Shown here piece by piece: positions 19,727 through 28,646 of a DNA stretch of 48,654 nucleotides (within the stretch, counting starts at the first letter, position 1; every line of letters begins with the position of its first letter). The stretch lies in NCBI GenBank assembly GCA_021108255.1, contig JAIORG010000235.1, positions 1 through 48,654 on the forward strand. The letters run 5' to 3'. Source of the DNA: Anaerolineales bacterium. GTDB taxonomy: Bacteria > Chloroflexota > Anaerolineae > Anaerolineales > UBA11858. Both the position numbers and the translations under genes were made by a program. The notes below the pieces were generated by a model, which was not told the DNA's origin, made no database searches, and was given only the letters and a program-made list of their open reading frames with translations.

Positions 19727-21777
19727 TTCTCCCCCTGTCCAAAATTGTTCTCAGGCAGTGTCCTGGCATGGTACTGTAAATCATCCGCTTCTTTATCGTA
19801 GCCTTTAGCCCGGGCATGTTCTGCAGCCTTCGTATAATAAGCCTGGGCTTGATCATAAACGCCGGCTGCCTCAAAGTGATTAGCAACACAAACGCTTCGT
19901 TCAAGACCGACACGTTCAGCCAACCATTCCGCTATCACGAGATGGCACTCTGCCTGGAGATTTTCCGGCAGGCGCTGATATGCTTGTTCCTGGAGCAGGG
20001 AATGTTTAAAGATATACTCCCGCTCTCCACTAAAAGCACTGCCAACCCGGAGAAAGGCCAGCTCCATTTCCATTAACTCATCCAGGGCAACTTGAACTTT
20101 GCCTACAATATTGTGACTTGATACATCAAGGGCTTTGGTAACCCCAGGCGATCCCCTGAAGGCTGCCAATACAGCCCCTTTCCAAAACACACGTCCTGCT
20201 ATTGCTGCAAAAAATGCAGTTGCTCTTCCTTCCATTGAAAGAGAATCCAGGCGAGATTGAAGCAGCTCTTCTACTGATCCGGGCAGGACGGGAAGCTCAT
20301 CCTTTTCCTCCAGGCTGAAGCCCTCTGATCTCAGCACGTTTTTAACCATCTCTTCCAGAAAATAAGGATTTCCTTCGGCCCGTTCAGCCAGGGCAGATAA
20401 CAATGAGTCTGGCGCTTCTTTCAGAGCAGGATAAGCATCCCGAACAATTTCACTTGAGACCGGCAGTGGTTTAAGTTCAATCTGTTCAACGTCCTGGAAA
20501 ATTTCAAGGTTCTCCTTGATGAATTCCGTTCTGGCGCAGGACAAAATCAGCAGCGGAATCTCCCGGTCAGCTGATTTCCAGAGATAATTTATCATTGCCA
20601 GGCTTCCACTGTCAGCCCACTGCAAATCATCGAGAATAAGGACAACCGGCCCTCGCTGTGATGCCCGGTTGAACAACTCTGCCTGGAGGAGAAAAGAACG
20701 CTCGATTCTCAGTTTAGGATCGGTATTGAAAGGCTCCAGATAGCGGCTTTTATCCCAGGTAACGCCAATCTGGTCGCCCAGAAAATGGGCGGCTTCCACT
20801 GCTGTCACTTCACCCAATGCCTGTCCCCAAAGAGTTAGCACACCGTCAATAGTTTTTTTCCTGGCAGATTCAACCGGATCATCTTCATTTAAATCAAATC
20901 GATTTGACCAGAGTTCTTTCCAGAGGTAAAACGGTACCTGGGAAGTTTGTTTCAGCGCCCGGCTGGACATTACCGTCAGCAGAGGATTTTCCGTTTCAAG
21001 CTGACCGGCAAATTCAAAAAGCAGTCGTGATTTTCCAACCCCAACATCACCAGTGACGAGAACCAGCTGAGTTTTGTTTTGCTGCCGGGTGTGTTGAAAT
21101 AAGTCCTCCAGGCGGGCCATTTCCTCTTCCCGGCCAACCAGGATGGTTTTCAGACCGCCTTTACTGCGGTAACGAAGTTTCGTGGGTTGAGGCAGCTCTT
21201 CCAGGATCTGGAAAATATTTACCAGCTTTTTTGTTCCCACCAATTGAACAGGCGTTAATCGTTTGACCTGAAAAGCTCCCCGGATAGATTGGTAAGTTGC
21301 TTCACTGACAATTAATGACCCCTGTTCAGCGTTTTCTTCCATTCGTTGAGCGATTCTTACCGTGTTACCTAATACGGTATATTCCCCATGGATGCCCACA
21401 TTTCCAGCTAGAGCCAGACCGGTGTGAATACCCATCCTGAGCTGGAGTGTTTTTGCTTCTGAATATTCAGTATTTTCTTTGAATTTATTCAATCCCGTCA
21501 GGAGTTCGAGGCTGGCAGAGACCGCTCTTTCTGCGTCATCTTCCAGAGATTCCGGCACTCCCCAGATCACCATAATTGAATCCCCCAATTGTTTATCGAC
21601 AAAACCTCCATGCTCCTCGACGATCTTATTAAGCCGCGACCACAAATCCCGCATCAGGCCGCTGACGATTTCAGGATCCAGTTGATCCGCCAGGGTGGAA
21701 AAACCCAGGATATCCGCAAAAAGCACACTTACCAGGCGGCGCCCTTCTGGGAATTTGGATTCAACGTCAACTGACAT
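19723..21777 (-). CDS. Class III nucleotide cyclase domain + AAA/STAND ATPase + short TPR tail
   Basis: VLFADILGFS, DKQLGD, RMGIHTG; Walker A GDVGVGKS; LDDLQWAD; EGNPYFLEE; FKHSLLQE. Confidence 0.88.
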   Translation of the reverse strand: MSVDVESKFPEGRRLVSVLFADILGFSTLADQLDPEIVSGLMRDLWSRLNKIVEEHGGFVDKQLGDSIMVIWGVPESLEDDAERAVSASLELLTGLNKFKENTEYSEAKTLQLRMGIHTGLALAGNVGIHGEYTVLGNTVRIAQRMEENAEQGSLIVSEATYQSIRGAFQVKRLTPVQLVGTKKLVNIFQILEELPQPTKLRYRSKGGLKTILVGREEEMARLEDLFQHTRQQNKTQLVLVTGDVGVGKSRLLFEFAGQLETENPLLTVMSSRALKQTSQVPFYLWKELWSNRFDLNEDDPVESARKKTIDGVLTLWGQALGEVTAVEAAHFLGDQIGVTWDKSRYLEPFNTDPKLRIERSFLLQAELFNRASQRGPVVLILDDLQWADSGSLAMINYLWKSADREIPLLILSCARTEFIKENLEIFQDVEQIELKPLPVSSEIVRDAYPALKEAPDSLLSALAERAEGNPYFLEEMVKNVLRSEGFSLEEKDELPVLPGSVEELLQSRLDSLSMEGRATAFFAAIAGRVFWKGAVLAAFRGSPGVTKALDVSSHNIVGKVQVALDELMEMELAFLRVGSAFSGEREYIFKHSLLQEQAYQRLPENLQAECHLVIAEWLAERVGLERSVCVANHFEAAGVYDQAQAYYTKAAEHARAKGYDKEADDLQYHARTLPENNFGQGEK

Positions 21778-22006
21778 AAAAGATTCTCCTCCGGGAGATT
21801 GAAACGGGTCTATCTTGCTGAAACTTATTTAACCTTATTCTACCAAGTTTTTAATCTGCGATAAAACTAATCCTAAATAATAATCATAATAAGGGACCAA
21901 ACATGGGCAGCCCGGGTTTTCTTGATTAATATAATTTAATCACCAAGTGATTTTTACCGCTCTATTTGAAAACAGCACAAACAAACTGCATTGAATACCG
22001 AGAGTA

Positions 22007-22035
22007 TTGTAATTAATTTTTTAGTATGCTATTAT
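22007..22035 (+). promoter_or_regulatory. sigma70-type promoter candidate for the 22181-23068 gene pair
   Basis: TTGTAA-N17-TATTAT with an extended TG, in AT-rich DNA. Confidence 0.45.
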
Positions 22036-22180
22036 CAAAAATACAGGAACTTATAAAACCATTCTAATTCTAATATCCAATATCTAAGCTAAGCAATGTC
22101 GCTCTTCAAGAAACAATGCCAAGAAAATCCAGGCATTGTTTTTTTTATCCATCATTATCAATTTATCTAGGAGGTATTCC

Positions 22181-22516
22181 ATGGCTTGGAAATGGTATGA
22201 AATCTCATCCTATAAAGCCTCAATAGGAGGTTCTAGCTACTATGGAGGTGTGCAGCTCTTCGGAGATGGCTTTTACGCACTTTTGAAGTTCCACAAAGAA
22301 GGCCCTCTGGGCAATGCCTCAGCTCCCACAACTTTTGGACAACGCTTTTATAGCCACATGGATTATCAGCAAATGAGTGCTATCGTAGATCTTTTACGCA
22401 ACGAGAAACCGATCCGCTTTGGCTGGTATGATCAAAATCCCAATCTCTTTCACCTTATGACGGGAGAAGAGCCTGTCGGCGAAGGGGATGGACTCCTTGC
22501 TGAAGATGCGGATTAA
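22181..22516 (+). CDS. Hypothetical protein
   Basis: 111 aa from ATG 22181 with GGAGG RBS; C-terminal DLLRNEKP...TGEEPVGEG. Confidence 0.8.
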   Translation: MAWKWYEISSYKASIGGSSYYGGVQLFGDGFYALLKFHKEGPLGNASAPTTFGQRFYSHMDYQQMSAIVDLLRNEKPIRFGWYDQNPNLFHLMTGEEPVGEGDGLLAEDAD

Positions 22517-22594
22517 AACGCGTTATATGTTTAGTTAATCGCAATATCAAAAGCAGCAGCCTCATTAACAATATTAAAGGGAGATGTGACAAAG

Positions 22595-23068
22595 ATGACC
22601 ACTAATAATCCTAAAAATAAGATGGAAACCAAACTCAATATCGGCATGCTTAGTCTTACAGATCTTAGTGTGATTCCAGAAAAAGCTGTCATTGAGAAGA
22701 AGCCAACCAGCGGCTATAAACATTGTTACACCACTGGACCTTTTCTATTGCCGCAAAATTCCGGCTCCCTGGACTGGACAATTCTCAATAATGCCACTAC
22801 TGAGCAAAAGGTACGTGTGACGGTATTCAAATGCCCCGTTGGGACGGTTAAGACTCCAGTACCACCAGGTGCTCTTGTGGTATCTATTGATCCGGGAGAG
22901 AGCACTCACAACGCCAATGAATACACGGAAGGTTTTTCCTATGAGGTTCAGGTCGAATGCAACAGTAAACTAATTTTCCCCTATGTTTCCGTGTGGCCGG
23001 GAAATTTTGGTGTAGTTATCCCGGGAACTGGAATCAATTCAGGATCGTTCATTCGAAAGTTGACTTGA
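22595..23068 (+). CDS. Hypothetical beta-rich protein (start 22586 or 22595)
   Basis: ORF with AAGGGAG RBS; alternating beta-strand pattern (YTTGPF, LDWTILNN, VRVTVF, YEVQVE). Confidence 0.75.
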   Translation: MTTNNPKNKMETKLNIGMLSLTDLSVIPEKAVIEKKPTSGYKHCYTTGPFLLPQNSGSLDWTILNNATTEQKVRVTVFKCPVGTVKTPVPPGALVVSIDPGESTHNANEYTEGFSYEVQVECNSKLIFPYVSVWPGNFGVVIPGTGINSGSFIRKLT

Positions 23069-23282
23069 GAGTAATATCACTTTTGATGAAATGAATAATT
23101 TATAGTGAACAAAAAAACCGGCACCAATCACTCTATCCCTGCAGCATCTGCCAGACAGCTTAGATGAATGCAGGATTCATTGAACGCTTTCAGCATACAG
23201 ATGTGAAGCAAACCCTCGTATACTTCCTCGCTGAGAGTTAAACCCAGCCGGGGCCTAACCTGTCGCATAAGTTTTCTTAGTG

Positions 23283-23765
23283 TCAATTGCTGTACTTTTC
23301 CCTATTATTTCTGTACTCCTCAGGATTATCGTAATCGCTGAAATTCTCATATCGAGAGTGGGGATCCTTTACTTCTGAGGCATGTTTAATGGGGCACCAG
23401 TATTCTTCCGTGCGAGCGACGATCTCTTTGGTATAAGCCGCCAGTCCATTAGCATAGCCGCAGTAAACACAATTAATTTTTTGGATTCCGTTTAGATAGG
23501 TTAAATGATAACGGTCAATGATGAAATAATATTCACGCTTAACAATCGGAATGCCATAAACTCTGAAACAACTGTGCTGATAAAGAAAAACCGCCAGATC
23601 AAGAATCGTCAGGGGAACGATCAAGGAGTAAATAATCGGAGAGACGATTACTCTCTCTATTCGAGAATTAACAACGCGGTTTTTGAGTATTTCTCCCTGA
23701 GTTTTAATCCTCCCTTCAAACTGGATTTTCTGCTCTTTATACTGCTGAATAAATTGAAGATTCAT
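23283..23765 (-). CDS. Conserved hypothetical membrane-associated Cys/His protein
   Basis: One TM segment, then DRYHL.YLN...NC.YCGYANG and YWCPIKH motifs. Confidence 0.75.
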   Translation of the reverse strand: MNLQFIQQYKEQKIQFEGRIKTQGEILKNRVVNSRIERVIVSPIIYSLIVPLTILDLAVFLYQHSCFRVYGIPIVKREYYFIIDRYHLTYLNGIQKINCVYCGYANGLAAYTKEIVARTEEYWCPIKHASEVKDPHSRYENFSDYDNPEEYRNNREKYSN

Positions 23766-23868
23766 ATAATTTATTTTCCTTCTCTATTCCCGTTTCCGGG
23801 CAAATTATTAGTAAAAACCTGCTATTGAAAAAAACGAAACAATTGCCAAAAAAAATATCTGTCGGAAT

Positions 23869-24615
23869 CTAGGCTGGTAGAGAGTTGTCGTCTTTCGTTC
23901 TACTGCGGACGATACGGGAAATCTGGCGGGTGAACTCACTCAACAGGAACCGTTTCTCCTCGCTCAGTTGGGCTAATACAGCCTGGTAGCGCCCTGCCTG
24001 GGCTGATAGCCCGGAAGAAATCTTCTTATTTATCTGCTCAACGAGTGAAAGAGATAATCCAATCCCGGGTACCGCACTTAAATCTATTTCTCCTGGCAGC
24101 CCTATTCGATTTAGATTTTTTAGGGGATCGATGGTTTCAGCCCGCTCCTGGAGCGAGTGCAAAGCCAGGATAATGGCAGTGTTCATTTCGGTTAGAAACA
24201 CCAGCGGAGAAGGCTGGTCTGGCAAGCGCGACAACAGCTCATTTAAGAAAGTTTCATAACCGGCAGCCTGGCCTTCCTTAAGCTGGGATACAATCTGCTT
24301 TTTGATTCCTTCCCAATCTTTATCTGAAGCTGAAGTTGAACCACCGTTAAGTATTTGCAGCGCTCGTTCTGCCTTGGGAGTGGGGCTGAAAAGCACACTG
24401 GACCGCCCGGGACCGCGATCCCCATCCGGGAGATGGTACTCTACCTCCACTAAACCGCGTTCTTCCAGCAAACGAAGCATCTCGTAGGCTGTGACATTGC
24501 CCACACCCAGGCGCTCTGCCAGAGCGACGTAGTGGATGGGTCCATCCATCTCCTGATGCAAATCGAGGAATTTATTGAGGAATTCTCGCTGGCGCCGGGT
24601 GAGTTTTTTTTCCAT
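23869..24615 (-). CDS. Winged-helix transcriptional regulator
   Basis: LTRRQREFL...IHY..LAERLGV...TAYEMLRLLEERGLV...GRS..LF.PT. Confidence 0.8.
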   Translation of the reverse strand: MEKKLTRRQREFLNKFLDLHQEMDGPIHYVALAERLGVGNVTAYEMLRLLEERGLVEVEYHLPDGDRGPGRSSVLFSPTPKAERALQILNGGSTSASDKDWEGIKKQIVSQLKEGQAAGYETFLNELLSRLPDQPSPLVFLTEMNTAIILALHSLQERAETIDPLKNLNRIGLPGEIDLSAVPGIGLSLSLVEQINKKISSGLSAQAGRYQAVLAQLSEEKRFLLSEFTRQISRIVRSRTKDDNSLPA

Positions 24616-24786
24616 AGATGTTTTTCCGAAAATTACGAAAGTATTATACCATTTTTCCTCACCAGAGGCAATTGTGATCTAAATGAATGTATTTAGGATT
24701 AATTCTTCACTTGCGCTTAGTAGAGAGGAAGAACAAGAAAAAGCATCAGAGGAAAATGAAGAGGAGGAGGAAGAAGAAACCTCATG

Positions 24787-24815
24787 TTGACTGACAATTC
24801 ACTGATTGATATAAT
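24787..24815 (+). promoter_or_regulatory. sigma70 promoter of tRNA-Gly
   Basis: TTGACT-N17-TATAAT. Confidence 0.75.
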
Positions 24816-24898
24816 CTTGAAGCCATCAGAAGGCATCAGCTTTTTCATTCTACCAAGGCACAATTGAAGAATTATCAGAGGGAGAAAGCCTACAAAAT

Positions 24899-24970
24899 GC
24901 GGGTGTGGCCAAGTGGTAAGGCATCAGCTTCCCAAGCTGACATCCACGGGTTCGAATCCCGTCACCCGCT
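24899..24970 (+). tRNA. tRNA-Gly(CCC), CCA not encoded
   Basis: Acceptor GCGGGTG/CACCCGC, anticodon arm TCAGC-TTCCCAA-GCTGA, T arm ACGGG-TTCGAAT-CCCGT. Confidence 0.96.
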
Positions 24971-24986
24971 CTCTAAGACCTGAATC

Positions 24987-25020
24987 AAAAAACCTTCCCC
25001 GAAACGAGGAAGGTCTTTTT
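24987..25020 (+). terminator. Intrinsic terminator after tRNA-Gly
   Basis: ACCTTCC..GAAA..GGAAGGT hairpin flanked by A- and T-tracts. Confidence 0.7.
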
Positions 25021-25029
25021 GTTTAATTA

Positions 25030-25090
25030 AGACCTCGGAAGTCTTCAAGGGACCCAGCGAGAGAAAATATCTCAGAGACCTCCGAGGTCT
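25030..25090. repeat. REP-like inverted repeat pair
   Basis: AGACCTCGGAAGTCT ... AGACCTCCGAGGTCT, 15-bp arms with one mismatch. Confidence 0.7.
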
Positions 25091-25093
25091 GAC

Positions 25094-25176
25094 TCACTCC
25101 GGGTCAAACAGGCAGCCGGTGCCGCGCACATTGCTGACCCATTCCTCCGCCCCCGCGAAGAGAGCCAATTTCTTGC
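25094..25176 (-). pseudogene. Duplicated 3' fragment of the response regulator gene at 26323-27099
   Basis: 83 bp matching 26323-26405 with 4 substitutions. Confidence 0.9.
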
Positions 25177-25320
25177 CGTATATATACGGGAAAACTTACA
25201 ATTCTCCAGGAATCCAACTTAATAATTAAAGATCTTGTAAGGAGATAGTGGATACATTGGATTTATAATCATCAATGTGATTCTGAATAACAATCAGTTT
25301 AGCCTTAAAGGACATGAACC

Positions 25321-26154
25321 ATGAAAACCATTAGGATATTCTTGGTATTAATAACTTTAGTTTTGATTGCCTCCTGCTCACAAAATGCTAATTCTCAGGA
25401 ACACGATACTTCCAGTTTATCCCAGACTGGAGAGAAAACCTGTGGCGACAGCGTTTGCAATGGCCCAGAAAACCAAACAAACTGCCCAGAGGACTGCGGC
25501 ACCACCGAGGTAGGCGCTGTTAGAGAAAGTTCAGATGCAGAAAATTACTCTAGTGAGGAAACAGATACTGGATTTCGATATGTCTCTTCCTCGGGGACAA
25601 TAGAAACACATGCTAACCTGGCAGCCTCAGGGGATTTTAGTGGAGATTATTTTGAGTACAGCGGTTTTTACAGCATTGAACTCTGGTTCCCGATGGAAGG
25701 AGGCAAGGCAGTTCAACAACGTAACTCCATTACACTCACCGAATTCAAAGCCTTATTCCAAGGTGAATCCTCTTGCCGGCCTTGCGACTGGGAACCTGAG
25801 GAACAAGCCTATCAACCAGTTAGCTTTGATCTGGAGGCAGTTCTCAATCTGGATGGTGTTACCGAAAATAACAAATCGGCTGATGAACTTGTATACCAAT
25901 TGATAAAGGTTCCTCAACAATCCTTCTCGGTCAGCGTTTCCTGTCCCTGTCCCGGTTCTCAGGCTGATTATTCAGATTCGGCTGCCTATCAACAACTACT
26001 TGGATGGTTCTTCCAAAAACTGGTCAATCCGATTCAATTAAACGCATTGGAAACCAATCAGGTGGAGGAATTTACCCTCAATCCACTCGGATATATCAGT
26101 ATTCCAGAAGAGAATCTCTCCTATATCCTCGTTCCAGATCTCAACACACCATGA
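25321..26154 (+). CDS. Lipoprotein with a Cys-rich CGD..C...E...CPEDC motif
   Basis: Signal peptide with lipobox LIASC; CGDSVCNGPENQTNCPEDC; AAAGGA RBS. Confidence 0.8.
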   Translation: MKTIRIFLVLITLVLIASCSQNANSQEHDTSSLSQTGEKTCGDSVCNGPENQTNCPEDCGTTEVGAVRESSDAENYSSEETDTGFRYVSSSGTIETHANLAASGDFSGDYFEYSGFYSIELWFPMEGGKAVQQRNSITLTEFKALFQGESSCRPCDWEPEEQAYQPVSFDLEAVLNLDGVTENNKSADELVYQLIKVPQQSFSVSVSCPCPGSQADYSDSAAYQQLLGWFFQKLVNPIQLNALETNQVEEFTLNPLGYISIPEENLSYILVPDLNTP

Positions 26155-26228
26155 AGAAATAACCTACCAGTATTGAATCCTGATCCTTGGTTATGATTTA
26201 TCATCTGAAATGGGTTTACTCCCAACGT

Positions 26229-26308
26229 GTGTGGCCACGCGGTAGTCTTCGCGGTAAGGCATCAGTTTCCCAAGCTGACATCCACGGGTTCGAATCCCGT
26301 CACCCGCT
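26229..26308 (+). pseudogene. Degenerate second copy of tRNA-Gly(CCC)
   Basis: 26253-26325 matches 24915-24987 with one substitution (anticodon stem); D-loop disrupted by an insertion and 5' acceptor strand damaged. Confidence 0.88.
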
Positions 26309-26322
26309 CTCTAAGACCTGAA

Positions 26323-27099
26323 TCACTCCGGGTCAAATAGGTAGCCGGTGCCGCGCACATTGCTGACCCATTCCTCCGCCCCCGCAAAGAGAACCAATTT
26401 CTTGCGCAGCCGGCTAATCATCGGTCTTAATACTTCCGGCGCTTCCATTTCAGGGATCTCAAACCCCTGCACCAGGAATACAATTTCCTGATGGGTCATC
26501 ACCCGTCCCCTGTTCTCCAGGAAAATACTCAGCAACTTACTTTCTGTAGGCGTCAACTGAGCGCGTTCGCTTCCGCGCCACATTTCACGCCGCTCAAGAT
26601 CCACCGTGATCCCCCTGGGCAAGTTCACCACCCTCCTGGCCGGCAGTTCCTCGGTGCGAATGCCTTCCACATCCTTAAGCTGATCCAAGGAAGACTCTAA
26701 CTGCTCAATCAGGATTTCTTTCCTGGTCCGGGTTTCTTTTTCAGATAAAGCCTTGCTGATACTGAGCAGAATCTCGTCTGCAGTATAGGGTTTCAGCATA
26801 TAGTCTTGCGCGCCGCTGCGGATGGCTTCAATAGCTGATTCCAGCGATCCATACCCGGTGATAATAATAATCCGGGTATCAGGATGATATTTCCTGATCT
26901 CATGCATCACTTCAACTCCATCTATGCCGGGCATCCTGATATCCAGCAGCACCAGGTCATATTTCTCTCCGGACAGGGCTTCCAGGGCAACATCACCTGC
27001 ACCGGCTGAGTCCGCCTGGTATTCTTCCGTCCGCAGTAATTCTTCCAGGGATTCGCGAACCCCTTTATCGTCATCAACAATCAGAATTTTCGCAGCCAT
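26323..27099 (-). CDS. Response regulator (REC + OmpR-type winged helix), no adjacent kinase
   Basis: ILIVDDD, DLVLLDIRMP, ITGYG, KP; LTPTE..LL, ISRLRKKL, NVRGTGY. Confidence 0.93.
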   Translation of the reverse strand: MAAKILIVDDDKGVRESLEELLRTEEYQADSAGAGDVALEALSGEKYDLVLLDIRMPGIDGVEVMHEIRKYHPDTRIIIITGYGSLESAIEAIRSGAQDYMLKPYTADEILLSISKALSEKETRTRKEILIEQLESSLDQLKDVEGIRTEELPARRVVNLPRGITVDLERREMWRGSERAQLTPTESKLLSIFLENRGRVMTHQEIVFLVQGFEIPEMEAPEVLRPMISRLRKKLVLFAGAEEWVSNVRGTGYLFDPE

Positions 27100-27206
27100 A
27101 ATCTTCCTCCACCTTAAGAACCATTAAATCGCTTTGGCTGATTTCCTCTGGGTTTTTATTCAACCCTTCTCTTGATTATGTACTTGTATCATATCATATC
27201 TGGTTT

Positions 27207-27567
27207 AGACCTATCTAGACCTCCAAGGCCTACAAAAAGGCCTATTTATCCCTGGGCAGTCGGCGATTAAAATCGCTCTTTAGGGCTGGTCCTTCTACAA
27301 GTTGATCCTGAGCGGACTCCGAGTGTAACCGAGGAGAGAGTCGCAGGGCTCAGGACAGGCGCCAAATGTCAACCTGCGTTGACGTTTAAGTTTTGGCTAA
27401 ACCATAAGCAAAGAGTAATCCTTTAGCGTCCCTGGAGAGGGACGCCCAGCGAAGCTCCTTCTACGACTTTCGCGAAGCATCTACCCTTTGGGTAAAGGGC
27501 AGTCGGAACTTAGAGGATGTAACCTCTTATTCTAGACCTCAGAGGTCTTAAAGACCTCTGAAATCTA
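27207..27567. repeat. Cluster of REP-like palindromes
   Basis: TCCTGAGC/GCTCAGGA (27306-27355), GTCAAC-CTGC-GTTGAC (27368-27383), GCGTCCCT/AGGGACGC (27426-27445), TAGACCTCAGAGGTCTTAAAGACCTCTGAAATCTA (27533-27567). Confidence 0.65.
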
Positions 27568-27703
27568 TTGTATATTACTTCTATCATACAAAACTTTCCT
27601 CCTTTTTGCAATTTAGAGGATTTTTGTCCCCTTAATCAAGCTGGAAAAATCCACTCATGTTATACTTCACTAAAAGCGGACAAAAATCGACAGGAGCGGA
27701 TAT

Positions 27704-28621
27704 ATGAAAGATTATTTGGCGGTAGCAGACTTTTCAGCGGAGGAACTGCAGTCCATCCTCGATACCGCGATTGAGTTAAAAACAGAATGGAAAAAGAATG
27801 GAAATCCGCCTATTTTAAAAGATAAAGTGCTGGCGATGATTTTCCAAAAACCCAGTTTACGAACCCGGGTTTCCTTTGATATGGCAATGCGCCACCTGGG
27901 TGGAGATGCTTTGTATCTCTCTCCAGCGGAGATCGGGCTCGGCAAACGGGAGTCTATCGCGGATATCGCCCGGGTGCTTTCAGGATATGTAGATGTCCTT
28001 ATGGCTCGAGTATTTGATCACCAACACATCCTGGAATTGGGTAAATGGTCAGAAATCCCGGTCATCAACGGATTAAGTGACTACAACCATCCCTGCCAGG
28101 CAGCCGCGGACGCCCTCACTATCCAGGAGAATTTTGGATCCCTGAAAGGCATTAAAGTTACCTATATCGGGGACGGCAATAACGTAGCTGTCTCGCTGAT
28201 GCATTTCTGCGCCAAACTCGGCGCTGATTTTACTATCGGACATCCGGAAGGCTACGGCATCAATCCTGAAGCAGTCGCCCTGGGCGAGAAATTCGCGGCA
28301 GAAAGCGGAAGCTCGATCAGCCAGCTGAACGATCCGCGAGAAGCAGTCTCTGGCTCCCAGGTAATTTACACCGACACCTGGGTCAGCATGGGGCAGGATG
28401 AAGAGGCAGCCGGGCGAAAAGAGGTCTTCCCCCCCTTCCAGGTGAATCAATCCCTCCTGGAAGGAGCAGAGAAAGACGCTATTGTGCTGCATTGTCTGCC
28501 AGCCCATCGTGGTGAGGAAATCACCGATGAAGTTGCGGATGGTCCCAATTCCCGCCTTTTCCCCCAGGCACACAACCGGCTCCATGCCCAGAAGGCAATT
28601 CTGGTCAAACTATTAACCTGA
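27704..28621 (+). CDS. argF: Ornithine carbamoyltransferase
   Basis: FQKPSLRTRVSF, HPCQ, GDGNNV, YTDTWVSMG, HCLP. Confidence 0.95.
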   Translation: MKDYLAVADFSAEELQSILDTAIELKTEWKKNGNPPILKDKVLAMIFQKPSLRTRVSFDMAMRHLGGDALYLSPAEIGLGKRESIADIARVLSGYVDVLMARVFDHQHILELGKWSEIPVINGLSDYNHPCQAAADALTIQENFGSLKGIKVTYIGDGNNVAVSLMHFCAKLGADFTIGHPEGYGINPEAVALGEKFAAESGSSISQLNDPREAVSGSQVIYTDTWVSMGQDEEAAGRKEVFPPFQVNQSLLEGAEKDAIVLHCLPAHRGEEITDEVADGPNSRLFPQAHNRLHAQKAILVKLLT

Positions 28622-28646
28622 CTTATAAAGCGGCGAGGTGCAACTG

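Noticed and set aside
26229-26308. Second functional tRNA-Gly
   Set aside because: 5' acceptor strand does not fully pair, the D-loop has an insertion and no promoter is evident; treated as a pseudogene
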